Source: Candidatus Bathyarchaeota archaeon (GTDB taxonomy: Archaea > Thermoproteota > Bathyarchaeia > 40CM-2-53-6). Taken from it: a DNA stretch of 64,000 bases. The stretch's first letter is position 1, and every line of letters starts with the position of its first letter. Both the position numbers and the translations under genes were made by a program. The notes under the pieces are model-generated. The model ran no database searches. It was not told the origin of the DNA and saw nothing but the letters and a program-made list of their open reading frames with translations. Positions 29,682 through 39,785 of the stretch are shown here, in pieces. The stretch covers positions 2,240,001 through 2,304,000 of the forward strand of contig CAVSBL010000002.1 in NCBI GenBank assembly GCA_963726255.1. The letters are read 5' to 3'.

Positions 29682-31445
29682 TTGGAAAGCATCCAACAAC
29701 GATTTGTTGTACTGATTTTTCTTGTGTTGCTTCTGCCGGCCCCGTTCTCTATGCTGGTTCAAGGCCAGGCCAGGCCGGGTGGAACGTTGATCATAGCGAT
29801 ACCTCGGGATTTGAGAGTCCTCAAAGGTGGAATCCACTACTACGGCGTCGACGGTTATGTTACAGGGCAGATCTTCGACGGCCTGGTAGGAAGCTCTTTT
29901 AATTTCACCTATACGCCGCGACTGGCAGAATCCTGGAGTGTTTCGTCTGACGGCCTGGCATGGACTTTTAACCTCCGACATAACGTCAAGTGGCATGATG
30001 GGGTTCCCTTTACATCCGCTGATGTGAAGTGGAGCATAGAGAACGCTACAATTCCCTTTCACCCGCTAGGGAAATCGAACTTCGAAGCTCTTGATCATAT
30101 CGAAACCCCAGATGACTACACTGTTGTGTTCAAGCTCACGCACCCGGTTCCCTGGTTTCTCAGCTATCTAACTGAAACGATGGGGGGCATTTTGCCCAAG
30201 CATCTTATGGCTGGTACGGATATTTTGGCTCACCAGTTGGACCCACCTATAGTCGGAACGGGGGCTTTCATGTACAAGGAGTATGTTCCGGGCGACCACG
30301 TTACTTTGGTCAGGAATCCTAACTACTATATTCCGGGGAAACCATACTTGGACACGATTATCTACAAAATAATCCCTAACACCCAGACCGCAGAACTGGC
30401 GCTTCAGAACGGAGAGATTGACGTGATTCCACTATGGTTGTCTCCGAGTGATGCCGTGAGCCTACAATCCAAGGGCTTCAGTATTTCGAAGGATGGAATG
30501 GAAGCCTATGCGACAGACATGGAACTCTTCTTCAATCTAGACAAGAAGAATGCTCCTTATGCAGATGTGCGAGTAAGGCATGCAATTGGATATGCAATAG
30601 ACAATTCCGAAATCATACAGAAAGCAACTGCTGGACTGGGAATAGTTGCAAGTGGGCCGATTGTGTCATTCAACACCTACTTTGACCCCAACCTTCCGCA
30701 GTACATGAACAATGTAGATGAGGCTAACAAACTGTTAGATGAGGCCGGTTATCACCCGGGTCCTGACGGTACTCGGTTCTCGCTAAACCTTGTCTACGCG
30801 CCGGCTTTTTCGTCTCAGCATGCCATAGTGCCGCAGATTCTTCAAGAGCAGCTCAGAGCGGTCGGAATAAACCTTGTGCTGAAGCCAGAGGAGTATTCGA
30901 CTATGGTTGACACCATATTTACCGGCAGAGACTTTGATATCTATATGCACAACTACGCCTACTACGGAGCCGACCCCGTTGGATTAGATGTTCTTTACAC
31001 ATCCGCCTACGTTGAGACTGGCGTCCCTCACGTAAATCCTGCCCATTATAGTAACGCGCGCATCGACGAGCTTTTCAAACTTGTTCAGAGCGAGGTCGAC
31101 CCGCAAAAGAGGGCGCAAGAATTCAACGAGATCCAAACCATACTCGTGAACGATTTGCCAGTCATCTGGATCTATCAAATACCAAACCTCACAGCATTTA
31201 ACTCGAAATTCGTCGGATTGCCTGCAGGTCCGTGGGAGTTTTCCGACTCCCTCGATAGTGCGTATGACAGCTCGCAACCTTTGCCGACCACAACCGCTGG
31301 TCCGACGACGGCTGTGTCTACAACCTCTGTCTCCACAGCTCTCGCATATGATTACACATCATATGCAGTTGCGGTGGTGATAGTACTCGTAGTGCTTGCG
31401 GTTGCCGCCGTTGCTCTTGCAAAAAGACGGTCCAAGAAGACGTAG
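29682..31445 (+). CDS. Peptide ABC transporter substrate-binding protein (family 5) with Thr-rich linker and C-terminal TM anchor
   Basis: PRLAESW, LRHNVKWHDG.PFTSADV, GTGAF; signal peptide; TATA-like CATATAT near 29628. Confidence 0.93.
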   Translation: MESIQQRFVVLIFLVLLLPAPFSMLVQGQARPGGTLIIAIPRDLRVLKGGIHYYGVDGYVTGQIFDGLVGSSFNFTYTPRLAESWSVSSDGLAWTFNLRHNVKWHDGVPFTSADVKWSIENATIPFHPLGKSNFEALDHIETPDDYTVVFKLTHPVPWFLSYLTETMGGILPKHLMAGTDILAHQLDPPIVGTGAFMYKEYVPGDHVTLVRNPNYYIPGKPYLDTIIYKIIPNTQTAELALQNGEIDVIPLWLSPSDAVSLQSKGFSISKDGMEAYATDMELFFNLDKKNAPYADVRVRHAIGYAIDNSEIIQKATAGLGIVASGPIVSFNTYFDPNLPQYMNNVDEANKLLDEAGYHPGPDGTRFSLNLVYAPAFSSQHAIVPQILQEQLRAVGINLVLKPEEYSTMVDTIFTGRDFDIYMHNYAYYGADPVGLDVLYTSAYVETGVPHVNPAHYSNARIDELFKLVQSEVDPQKRAQEFNEIQTILVNDLPVIWIYQIPNLTAFNSKFVGLPAGPWEFSDSLDSAYDSSQPLPTTTAGPTTAVSTTSVSTALAYDYTSYAVAVVIVLVVLAVAAVALAKRRSKKT

Positions 31446-31828
31446 CGCAAATAGTGCGAATCGTATCCCATCCAATGCGTTCGATATGCCGCAGCGCTAG
31501 GTGCGATGAGAGCGTTTAACGGGTGAATGATGCAGAGCCTGGCATTGACAAAACGAGTTAGCGCCTCTTCTACACTTGTACAGGTTGCGGATCCTTGGAA
31601 TGGCACGGTCTGTCATCGTAACGAAGTCTAGAAACGAAAACGGTCGCTCCTGAACACTGAATGGAATCTCCCACTTCGCACGTGCGAACAAAGATGGGCG
31701 TCACAGAAAGGCCGATAGCGATATCAACCGGGTCGATGTCGTTTTTCTAAATCTTAATCTTACATTTTTCGGTCGGAACTATGACTTCCCCTTCTTCCAT
31801 TCAAGGCGCATTCATGAACGGGTGTTGA

Positions 31829-32992
31829 CTATATTTGTATCAATTCTGGAGTTTCAGTCGAAAGCAGATCAACGCCGGTTTCAGTCACAGCCAAGACATC
31901 CTCCCAGATGAACATTCCCTCCTCGGCTAGAATACCAGGCTCGAGGCTAAACACCATACCCCTCCGAAGAATGTTTTCATGATAAGGAGCAACGAAAGGC
32001 ATCTCAGTGACCTCCATACCCTGAGCATGCCCATAGTGTTGAGTCCGATTAGAAAGATCCAGATTTAATGATTGAACCAATTTCTCTGATTCCAATTTCT
32101 TCAATTCCTTCTCGACCATAAAACAGACATCGCAAATTCTCTGCCCCGGCTTGATCTGTTCCATAACTCTGTGGGTTAGGTCAACTATTGCCTTGTGGAG
32201 AAGCGCCTGCCTTTCAGTTGGTCTTTGTCCTACAACAGCCATGCGAGAATAATCAGATATGTAGCCCCTATATGCTGCTCCTCCATCGGTCCACAAGATG
32301 TCTCCCTTCTTCAATTTCCGATCATAACCTGGATGCAGACTGTGGAACGGCCCACTGTTGACATATATGAAGAAGGGTCTAGTGGCTCCCTCTTCGATCA
32401 TCGTCCTGGCGAAGATTCCCGCGAATTCCTGCTCAGTCATACCCTCCTTAGCCATACCAAAAGATCTCTGACGTGCTCTTCCTGTTATGTCACATGCCTT
32501 CCTCATATAGTCGATTTCAGCTGCGGATTTGATACTCCTAAGCTCCCAAAACGTCTCTGTAGCATCTACAAACTTGGCTTTGGGGAGTCCCTTTCGGATC
32601 TCTTCAAAGGTGTTGTATGGTATTCCAAGACGTAAATCAGCCCCTAATTCGCAACCCATCTTGGAACTCGTTAGCCTCAAGTCGGTCAGGGCGTTTACAA
32701 CAGCCTTGCCAAAGTTCAATTCTGCTCTTCCCGGGAAGTACTTAATGTTCTGATAATGGCTTTCTTGGGCATGTGTTTCTTTCAATACGGTTGAAATAAC
32801 CAGCATTGGATCTTCATTTAATGGAATGATGGCGCACCATGGGCGATACGGATTGTAAACATCGATTGGCACACCAGTAAAGTAGGCGTAGTTTTCTATT
32901 CCAGTCACAAGAAGAGCGTCAAGACCATCCTTACTCATGAGCTCTCTAGCTCTTCTCAATCTCACCTCATATTCTTGCGCGGCAAAATCCAA
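31829..32992 (-). CDS. M24 (Xaa-Pro peptidase/creatinase) family hydrolase
   Basis: LRSIKSAAEI, DGGA..GYISDYSR, GHAQG, LEPG, WED. Confidence 0.9.
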   Translation of the reverse strand: MDFAAQEYEVRLRRARELMSKDGLDALLVTGIENYAYFTGVPIDVYNPYRPWCAIIPLNEDPMLVISTVLKETHAQESHYQNIKYFPGRAELNFGKAVVNALTDLRLTSSKMGCELGADLRLGIPYNTFEEIRKGLPKAKFVDATETFWELRSIKSAAEIDYMRKACDITGRARQRSFGMAKEGMTEQEFAGIFARTMIEEGATRPFFIYVNSGPFHSLHPGYDRKLKKGDILWTDGGAAYRGYISDYSRMAVVGQRPTERQALLHKAIVDLTHRVMEQIKPGQRICDVCFMVEKELKKLESEKLVQSLNLDLSNRTQHYGHAQGMEVTEMPFVAPYHENILRRGMVFSLEPGILAEEGMFIWEDVLAVTETGVDLLSTETPELIQI

Positions 32993-33173
32993 AACAGTTG
33001 CCTCAAGGTCCAGCTGGATACCACATATTTAACGTATGCGCGAATCTCGCAAGTTTTCTCATGGCCCGAACGACTCGGGAGAGTTACATGCTTCCTTATT
33101 CGGAGAAGAACAAGAGTCGGTCTAAACGCCAGTTCCTTAGCGGAGGTTGTCGGAGGCTACCTAGGGAACAGTC

Positions 33174-34490
33174 TTACTGCACGTACTTTTCACCAAATCT
33201 CGTGAGCGCCTTTTCGAAACACGCAATTGGTGGCCTTGAATAACCTGTTCCAATCAGTCCCATATTGGGCTTCTTATGCGCTATCCCGGTGTTTATGACA
33301 GGCAAAATGCCAGTCTGAACGACCTTTCTTATATCAACTCCCAAGGGAGCGCCTTCGAAATTCATATATGGAATCAGAAAATTGCTGTTACTTGATGTGA
33401 CGATTTCTTTCATTTCCATCCAAAATTGCTTTAAGTTTTCCACAGAGCCCCCTATGAAGCTCACTATCGTTGGAGCCGTAATGTTGACGAGCCCACCTAA
33501 CCCGATCGTTTCAACGATCGAGCTATCCCCCATGTCAGGAGTGGCGTCTTTTGGTCCGTATCCAGGATAATACACTCCGTTTATAGCACTAGACGGCGCC
33601 GTGAACCATTCGCTTCCTAAGCCACTAAGTCGAATACCATATTCCACGCCGTTCCGAGCGATCGCAGTTACGATGGTTGAGTAGTCTACCCCGTGCCCAG
33701 AATCCGCGATTGCTTTGCATGCAGCCATCCAAATTGTGAGGAAGAAGTTATAGTGAGAACCTGTAATGAATTTCAAAATCTTAGGCACTGCGCTGTTATT
33801 CTCCTTGAGCAGGTAGGGCAGAAGTCTGTCGATGAACAGTAAAGTGGCGGCAGTGCTTCTGTTATGACACTCATCGCCCATGGTCAAAGCTTGTGCAACC
33901 ATAGGGATCAAATCTATTTCTTTAGCCTCTCTAACTGCTCTCTGGAGCGCAGGCCCTAGAATCTGTTCCATCCAACGCAGTTGTTCGATAACTTTTTCAT
34001 CATAACATCCAAACGCAGCTGTCCTTCCCCGTCCTTCATACAAGTTGCAGTACGCGAGATTCCCTTGATCCTTGTTCCTTACAACATATACCCACTGCGA
34101 CGCGGATATTGCTCCGCCCATAGAACCAACTGCGTTATGGTGATGGCAGGGACTAAGTTCAATCTCGCCTGATTCAACTAATTTGACGGCAGTTTTCGGG
34201 GTCTTGGCGAGTCCTTCATAGATTATGCTGGCAATGACACTTCCTTTCTGTGGCCAACACATTCTATTCCACTTTATGGGCGGGCCTGAATGTAGGATCA
34301 ATCTCTTTCTCATTCGCGGTATTGCTTCAGCTGCTGGCCTAACATCTATCAAAACAGGCTTGGCGTTCTGCATCTTCCCTACTACAATTCTGTTGGCATC
34401 CTCAATTTTCTTTCTTATGTCCCTTGCCATAGCCATCGAAGTGTGGTTCGGCGAATAGCGGATATTTATGACTTTTCGACCAGTCTTCAA
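33174..34490 (-). CDS. ylbE: DUF1116/YlbE (AllG) oxamate carbamoyltransferase subunit homologue
   Basis: ILHSGPPI.W, PCHHHNAVGSMGG, MGDECHNR, RNGVEYGIR, DMGDS, PVINTGIAHK. Confidence 0.88.
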   Translation of the reverse strand: MKTGRKVINIRYSPNHTSMAMARDIRKKIEDANRIVVGKMQNAKPVLIDVRPAAEAIPRMRKRLILHSGPPIKWNRMCWPQKGSVIASIIYEGLAKTPKTAVKLVESGEIELSPCHHHNAVGSMGGAISASQWVYVVRNKDQGNLAYCNLYEGRGRTAAFGCYDEKVIEQLRWMEQILGPALQRAVREAKEIDLIPMVAQALTMGDECHNRSTAATLLFIDRLLPYLLKENNSAVPKILKFITGSHYNFFLTIWMAACKAIADSGHGVDYSTIVTAIARNGVEYGIRLSGLGSEWFTAPSSAINGVYYPGYGPKDATPDMGDSSIVETIGLGGLVNITAPTIVSFIGGSVENLKQFWMEMKEIVTSSNSNFLIPYMNFEGAPLGVDIRKVVQTGILPVINTGIAHKKPNMGLIGTGYSRPPIACFEKALTRFGEKYVQ

Positions 34491-34537
34491 ACTCGCATGA
34501 TTCTTCTAATCGGATTCCAAGGTCTTGCGTGAACAGT

Positions 34538-35545
34538 TTAGGCGGGAAACGGCGAAGTTCTCTTCGAGAGCAGCAAGGATTCATAGATGCCCATGACTAT
34601 TCCAAGCAGGCTGTCTTTTCCCGAGTATGCTCCGATTCTTAGTACGTTCACGGTTCTCTCCATTAAGGTATTTTCGGACAAGAGAATTGCTTTCACTAGA
34701 TTGAAGACTGGTTCCGTGACTTCTCCTTTTGCCGCATATTCAATTAGAATCTCACCTAGTAAGTTTGTTCGTCCTTTGACTTGAGCCAGGATTTGACTAC
34801 TGGCTTCCTTCAAAAAAGCGTCATCAGCTCTGAGATAATTCGTTGCGAGCCACATACTGGCCATAAGAGAAGCGAGAAAATCATCTCCTGAAGGGGTCGA
34901 ACCTGGTCCTAAACCAACTAGAAACGAGGCGCCATTTACCAGTTCATGAAACCTCATGTATCTTATGCCTTTCATGAACCTCAGGATATGTGGAAGAGCA
35001 ATCTCCGCCATTTCATTCAGTTTTTTTTCTCGGACACTGAAACGAGAGAGACCAAGGTCAAGAGCCAGTAAGATCTCGCCCAGACTGTTCTGCATATCGA
35101 ACATAGAGCAAATCCCTATGACTGTTCTTAGATTATCCATCACATTCTTTGCACAACAAGACTCTTGTTTTGGCATGACGGGCATCGTCCAAATCTCTGC
35201 GCCTGCCAACGTAAACTGGATGCATGCCTCAGGTATGGTTAGGGAATTACCTATGCGAATAACACGCATGTTCTCTGTTATTCCTATTTCGCGAAAACTC
35301 ACAGGCAAATCCACTGCGACGGTGAGGGCGCTTCGAAGGTTTTTCGAAACAATCGCAATTAAGTCGTTGCCTTTTGTGATCACATTAACGGAAGTATCGA
35401 AAACACTGTGCACCGCGCCGACGAAATGTTGGCTAGAGATAGTATTGTATGCCCTGTTACCTACGCTTTTGCAACTTATGATTGTGTGGCATCCTGAGAT
35501 GCGCTTACTACTGCATCCGATGTTCACAGCTGGTCTGTGCGTCAT
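34538..35545 (-). CDS. ylbF: DUF2877/YlbF (AllH) homologue
   Basis: VHSVF..SVN, LVGLGPGSTPSGDDFL, IGAYSGKDSLLG. Confidence 0.82.
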   Translation of the reverse strand: MTHRPAVNIGCSSKRISGCHTIISCKSVGNRAYNTISSQHFVGAVHSVFDTSVNVITKGNDLIAIVSKNLRSALTVAVDLPVSFREIGITENMRVIRIGNSLTIPEACIQFTLAGAEIWTMPVMPKQESCCAKNVMDNLRTVIGICSMFDMQNSLGEILLALDLGLSRFSVREKKLNEMAEIALPHILRFMKGIRYMRFHELVNGASFLVGLGPGSTPSGDDFLASLMASMWLATNYLRADDAFLKEASSQILAQVKGRTNLLGEILIEYAAKGEVTEPVFNLVKAILLSENTLMERTVNVLRIGAYSGKDSLLGIVMGIYESLLLSKRTSPFPA

Positions 35546-37389
35546 GTCAGTTCATCGAGGAGAGAAAGGAGTTTCTTATCGTAGACAATCGGCGGAGTCC
35601 AGTCGACATGTATTGCCTCTGCATTCTGCTCCTTCAGGGAACGGAAGAAGTCTATGATTCCAATATTAATCACTCTGATTTTCGCTTGCGTCGAGCTCGG
35701 TTCCATGACTTGGCCGCGTCCAAGCAGATTACTTGCTTTGCGTCCATGTTTCGCACGTGGGAAAACCCGCTTGATGGCATAGTCGGTCCCTAAAACGCTG
35801 CTTACCTTTCCTCTTCGCGCTATTAGCGCAGCCATTTCTGTCGCCTTCGCATTGCTTGGCATTACAATTACGCCGGCTTTTTCGAGTTTCCTTTGTTGGC
35901 GACTATGGTCCTGTGGGTCTTGGTCAGTCCCACAAACCGAAACAACAATCGGTAGGTATCTTCCATCCAATGCCGCCAAGCCTTTCGCTTTTTGCAATAT
36001 GGGAATGATTATGCTTGCGGGATCTGGATGTGCGCTGTATCCAAGGATAATGTCGAGGAGAAGGACAGCTGTTTCTGGGTCCTTAGCCTCTAGTACAATT
36101 CTTTCTTTCTCAACAAGAGGGTTCAGTATTGGATGCGGTTTTCCAAGCGTAAATTCTTCTGCTCCAAGATCAACGATTGTGTGCCTAATGCTTTGATTTG
36201 GATCAGATAATCGAGTGGCATATTCAACGTTCATATTAGTGTGAACGTCGCCTAACATAGTTTTGATTATTAGACACGCCTCTGAACCCAACGTTCCACC
36301 CGTAAATAACCCTCTTACGAACTTTTGACCTACCGCCAGTTGTGACGCTTCCTTCTCTGCGATCTTAAACATCTTGGGGTGAATAGTTGAGAAAGAGGCG
36401 AGGTCAAAGCCTTCTCCGGAAATTGTTGAGACGGCCCTAAGCGCCGTCTCTTCCAAAGTCCTGCACTGAATCACATGTTCGCCGCTAACATGCAAATCGC
36501 GAGACCCAACAAAGTTGATGAAAGCGGGTTTCCTACACTTCTTCAAGAAACGTAAGATCTTTCTCTGGATCTCGTACGGAAACGGCTTTGACACGACAAC
36601 TACCACCTTGGTCTCAGGGTCACTTTCTTGCATCCTAAGCGCTTTCATCATCGTGATTGCACCCACTTCTTTGGTGACGTCATTGGATCCAGTGCCAATT
36701 GCTTGCGAAATACCGCTCCCATGTCGATGGATCAAAGAAGTAACTTCCTGAATCCCAGTTCCTGACGCTCCTACTACGCCTATGGGCCCGTTTCTTACCC
36801 TATTTCCGAAGCCTAGTGCTACCCCTCTCATGATCGCTGTTCCACAATCAGGACCCATTACTAAGCGATTTTTCTCGTTTGCAAATTGCTTTATTTTGAC
36901 TTCGTCAACTATGGAAACATTATTGCTGAAAATCATGAGGTCCAGGCCCCTCTTCAACGCGTTCATGGCTTCACGCTTGACGAAGGCTCCTGGAATTGAT
37001 ATAAGGGCCAAATTCGCTTCTGGAAGTAATTTCAGTGCCATTTCGAGAGTTCTTGTAGTTCTGCTTTTTTCCGCGATGGCAATTCTTGGCGAAGACAGCA
37101 GCTCTTCCGCTTTGCTTACGGCTTCCTTGGCAATACTTGACGAGGATGCTCTCACTGCGACTGCTATGTCATTTGGGGACCCATCTCCAATCTCGTGTGC
37201 GAACAGACCGACTTCACGGAGTAATGCTTTGTTTTGCTCAGTTGTGTTCAAAATGGCAACCCGTGAAATGCCCTCCAGCTTCTCGATCTTATTTGCAATC
37301 TGCATCAAAAATACAGAATCACGATAAGTGCCTCTGATCAACTTAGCGAACAAAGCCATGATTTTCACACCAGTTGTTTCTCTGTGCAT
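35542..37389 (-). CDS. fdrA: FdrA (AllF) acyl-CoA synthetase-like protein
   Basis: YRDSVFLM, MGPDCGT, GASGTGIQE, GLFTGGTL, FTLGKPHP, VCGTDQDPQ, VINIG...HVDWTPP. Confidence 0.9.
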   Translation of the reverse strand: MHRETTGVKIMALFAKLIRGTYRDSVFLMQIANKIEKLEGISRVAILNTTEQNKALLREVGLFAHEIGDGSPNDIAVAVRASSSSIAKEAVSKAEELLSSPRIAIAEKSRTTRTLEMALKLLPEANLALISIPGAFVKREAMNALKRGLDLMIFSNNVSIVDEVKIKQFANEKNRLVMGPDCGTAIMRGVALGFGNRVRNGPIGVVGASGTGIQEVTSLIHRHGSGISQAIGTGSNDVTKEVGAITMMKALRMQESDPETKVVVVVSKPFPYEIQRKILRFLKKCRKPAFINFVGSRDLHVSGEHVIQCRTLEETALRAVSTISGEGFDLASFSTIHPKMFKIAEKEASQLAVGQKFVRGLFTGGTLGSEACLIIKTMLGDVHTNMNVEYATRLSDPNQSIRHTIVDLGAEEFTLGKPHPILNPLVEKERIVLEAKDPETAVLLLDIILGYSAHPDPASIIIPILQKAKGLAALDGRYLPIVVSVCGTDQDPQDHSRQQRKLEKAGVIVMPSNAKATEMAALIARRGKVSSVLGTDYAIKRVFPRAKHGRKASNLLGRGQVMEPSSTQAKIRVINIGIIDFFRSLKEQNAEAIHVDWTPPIVYDKKLLSLLDELT

Positions 37390-37555
37390 TCTTAGCGTAT
37401 TTCAATGGCACGGTTAGGTGACCCCCGGACTGGTCAAAAGAGCGTTACGAGACTCCGTCAAACTCGCATTATCGGCGATAAGCAACGCCTAGTGGAAGGC
37501 AATCAATTAATCGGGGTGACGTGCGATCGTTCTGTTAAAGGCGTGATCCGCAGCT

Positions 37556-38767
37556 TTGAAGGATGGGATCATTGGTGGGATGGAGAGTAATGCTCCTGTA
37601 CTCGGAGTCACCAATGGTCCGAGACCAATGCTGCTCGGCCTTTACATTTTTGTCTTGACGCTCATGTTTGGGGTCGGTGTCGCTAACCCGATCGTACCGT
37701 TATATTCAGCTAGTCTGGGGGCATCGTGGATAGAGATCGGACTGATCGGGACAGGTTGGGGATTAGCGTACACTTTGCTCGCCCCAGTTGCAGGAGGGTT
37801 TTCGGACAGATTTGGTCGGCGACCTGTTCTGATCGCAAGCGGAGGACTAAGCGCAGCTGCGGCACTGTTCTACTTCTTCTCCTCGACATTAAGTCAAGTC
37901 ATCGTCATCAGGATATTGGAAGGCATGGTGTGGGGATTGATTTGGCCAGTTGCCGAAGCCATGACAACCGAGGCTGCTCATCCGAAACTAGTCGGACGAG
38001 CTATGAGCTTCACCGTTGTTTCATATGCGGTTGGATTTGGGGCCGGCTCACTGTCATCAGGGTCAATCGCAGAGATCCTGGGATACAAGCCGATCTTTCT
38101 GATTTATCTGGTATTCGCGATAGCCTCGATCCCCATCGCGGTTTACTGGCTTAGAGGTGTTCGGACTCAGCCGAGACCAAGTGAGAAGAAGCCTGCGGAG
38201 TTTGAGAGCGTGAGGTCGAAACCTGCTATTATGGCCTACTTTCTCGGAGTCACATATACAATTGGCTATGGGATCTTAGTTACTTTCTTCTCAGTCTATG
38301 CAAGAATGTTGGGTGTCACCCTGTTCATCATAGGCGCATTATTTGCAGTTTTTTGGCTGGCAAGGATGATAGGCTCCTTGAGTGCAGGGTATCTATCCGA
38401 TAAGTATGGACGGGAGATTGTCGCGAGCGCTGCGATGATTAGCTCGACTGCGGGGTTCATTGCGATTGCCACGTCGAAAGACGTTTGGTTGCTTCTACTA
38501 GGTGTCACCATTTCAGGATTCAGCACCGGCGCGATGGCGCCCGTTGCGGTTGCCTTGCTTTCCGACAGCGTTCGGCAATCCGTTCGCGGCTTTGCGATGG
38601 GAATCTACGAGGCAGTCTCCGGGGCAGGTGTCATTATAGGCGCTTCGATTGGGGGTCTGTTGGCAGATACGTATTCACCCCGTGCTCCTTATTTTATGGT
38701 CGTGTTCCTTAACGTAGTCTGCGTAAGTTTCTTCGTTGCCGCCCGGACTAGACGAGTTTCTGCCTAG
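37556..38767 (+). CDS. MFS transporter
   Basis: GGFSDRFGRR and GYLSDKYGR motif A; about 12 hydrophobic segments. Confidence 0.9.
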   Translation: MKDGIIGGMESNAPVLGVTNGPRPMLLGLYIFVLTLMFGVGVANPIVPLYSASLGASWIEIGLIGTGWGLAYTLLAPVAGGFSDRFGRRPVLIASGGLSAAAALFYFFSSTLSQVIVIRILEGMVWGLIWPVAEAMTTEAAHPKLVGRAMSFTVVSYAVGFGAGSLSSGSIAEILGYKPIFLIYLVFAIASIPIAVYWLRGVRTQPRPSEKKPAEFESVRSKPAIMAYFLGVTYTIGYGILVTFFSVYARMLGVTLFIIGALFAVFWLARMIGSLSAGYLSDKYGREIVASAAMISSTAGFIAIATSKDVWLLLLGVTISGFSTGAMAPVAVALLSDSVRQSVRGFAMGIYEAVSGAGVIIGASIGGLLADTYSPRAPYFMVVFLNVVCVSFFVAARTRRVSA

Positions 38768-38901
38768 CGATGCCGCGCATAGTATAGGCAGTTCTCATTC
38801 GTCTTCAACAATTCTAAGGTTGATTCACCGAAACTAACCACTCCATCGCTTTCGTCCGATCGTGGAGAGGACATTGATATTGAAGATTTATAACGTGAAT
38901 C

Positions 38902-39717
38902 TTGGCCAAAGGCTCAGAGGAGCGAAATAGGTACAATCTATTTCGAGGGAACGTTATGCATCTTAGGGAAAAGGTCGTTCTAGTGACCGGAGCTGGGACC
39001 GGAATCGGAAGGGCAACTGCTGTTGAGTTCGCCAAGAAAGGATGTAGAGTTGCCATAAATGATGTGAATGAGAAAAATGCAAACCAAACGAGGGTACTGA
39101 TTGAGAACCAGGGCGGACTGGCCAAAATCTATCTTTGTGATGTTTCTGACTCCGAGAAAGTCGAAGCAATGGTTAGTGATATAGTCCACACCTACGGAAG
39201 GATTGACGTGCTTGTGAATAACGCGGCCATAGCTGATTCGGATAGCCCGCTGACCGAGATTTCTGAGCAGAGATGGGACAGAGTGATCCGGGTAAACCTG
39301 AACGGGGTTTTCTACTGCACAAAAGCAGCGATGCTCCGTATGAAACAAATGGGCGGCGGACGCATCGTCAACATCTCTTCGTCAGCAGCCGTGGGAGGAG
39401 GCACCGGGGATCATGCGCACTATACGGCCTCCAAGGCTGGAGTAATCGGCCTGACGTTAGCCGCTGCCCGCGAGGGATCAAGACATAGCATACTTGTCAA
39501 CTGTATTACACCTGGTGCCGTGAACACGCCAATAATCGCTTCCGAGACTGAAGCGGAGATGCTCAGGTCGGCGACGGCATTAAATAGGCTGGCAGAACCT
39601 CAAGAAATCGCTGAAGCAATAAACTTCATCGTAGAGCAGGATCACATGACAGGCGCGATTCTCTCGATTGATGCAGGCATTTACCTACTTGACAGGCCAA
39701 AGGTATCGCATACCTGA
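38902..39717 (+). CDS. Short-chain dehydrogenase/reductase (FabG-like)
   Basis: TGAGTGIG, VNNAA, NISS, YTASK; start likely ATG 38956. Confidence 0.92.
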   Translation: MAKGSEERNRYNLFRGNVMHLREKVVLVTGAGTGIGRATAVEFAKKGCRVAINDVNEKNANQTRVLIENQGGLAKIYLCDVSDSEKVEAMVSDIVHTYGRIDVLVNNAAIADSDSPLTEISEQRWDRVIRVNLNGVFYCTKAAMLRMKQMGGGRIVNISSSAAVGGGTGDHAHYTASKAGVIGLTLAAAREGSRHSILVNCITPGAVNTPIIASETEAEMLRSATALNRLAEPQEIAEAINFIVEQDHMTGAILSIDAGIYLLDRPKVSHT

Positions 39718-39785
39718 GACTGACTCAGCTACAATGAACCCTTCTAGTACGCGGCGTCACTGGCAATCTGGGCCAGGAAACTACA

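Noticed and set aside
31445-31828. Possible pseudogene between dppA and the M24 gene
   Set aside because: Short broken frames with no family I can recognise.
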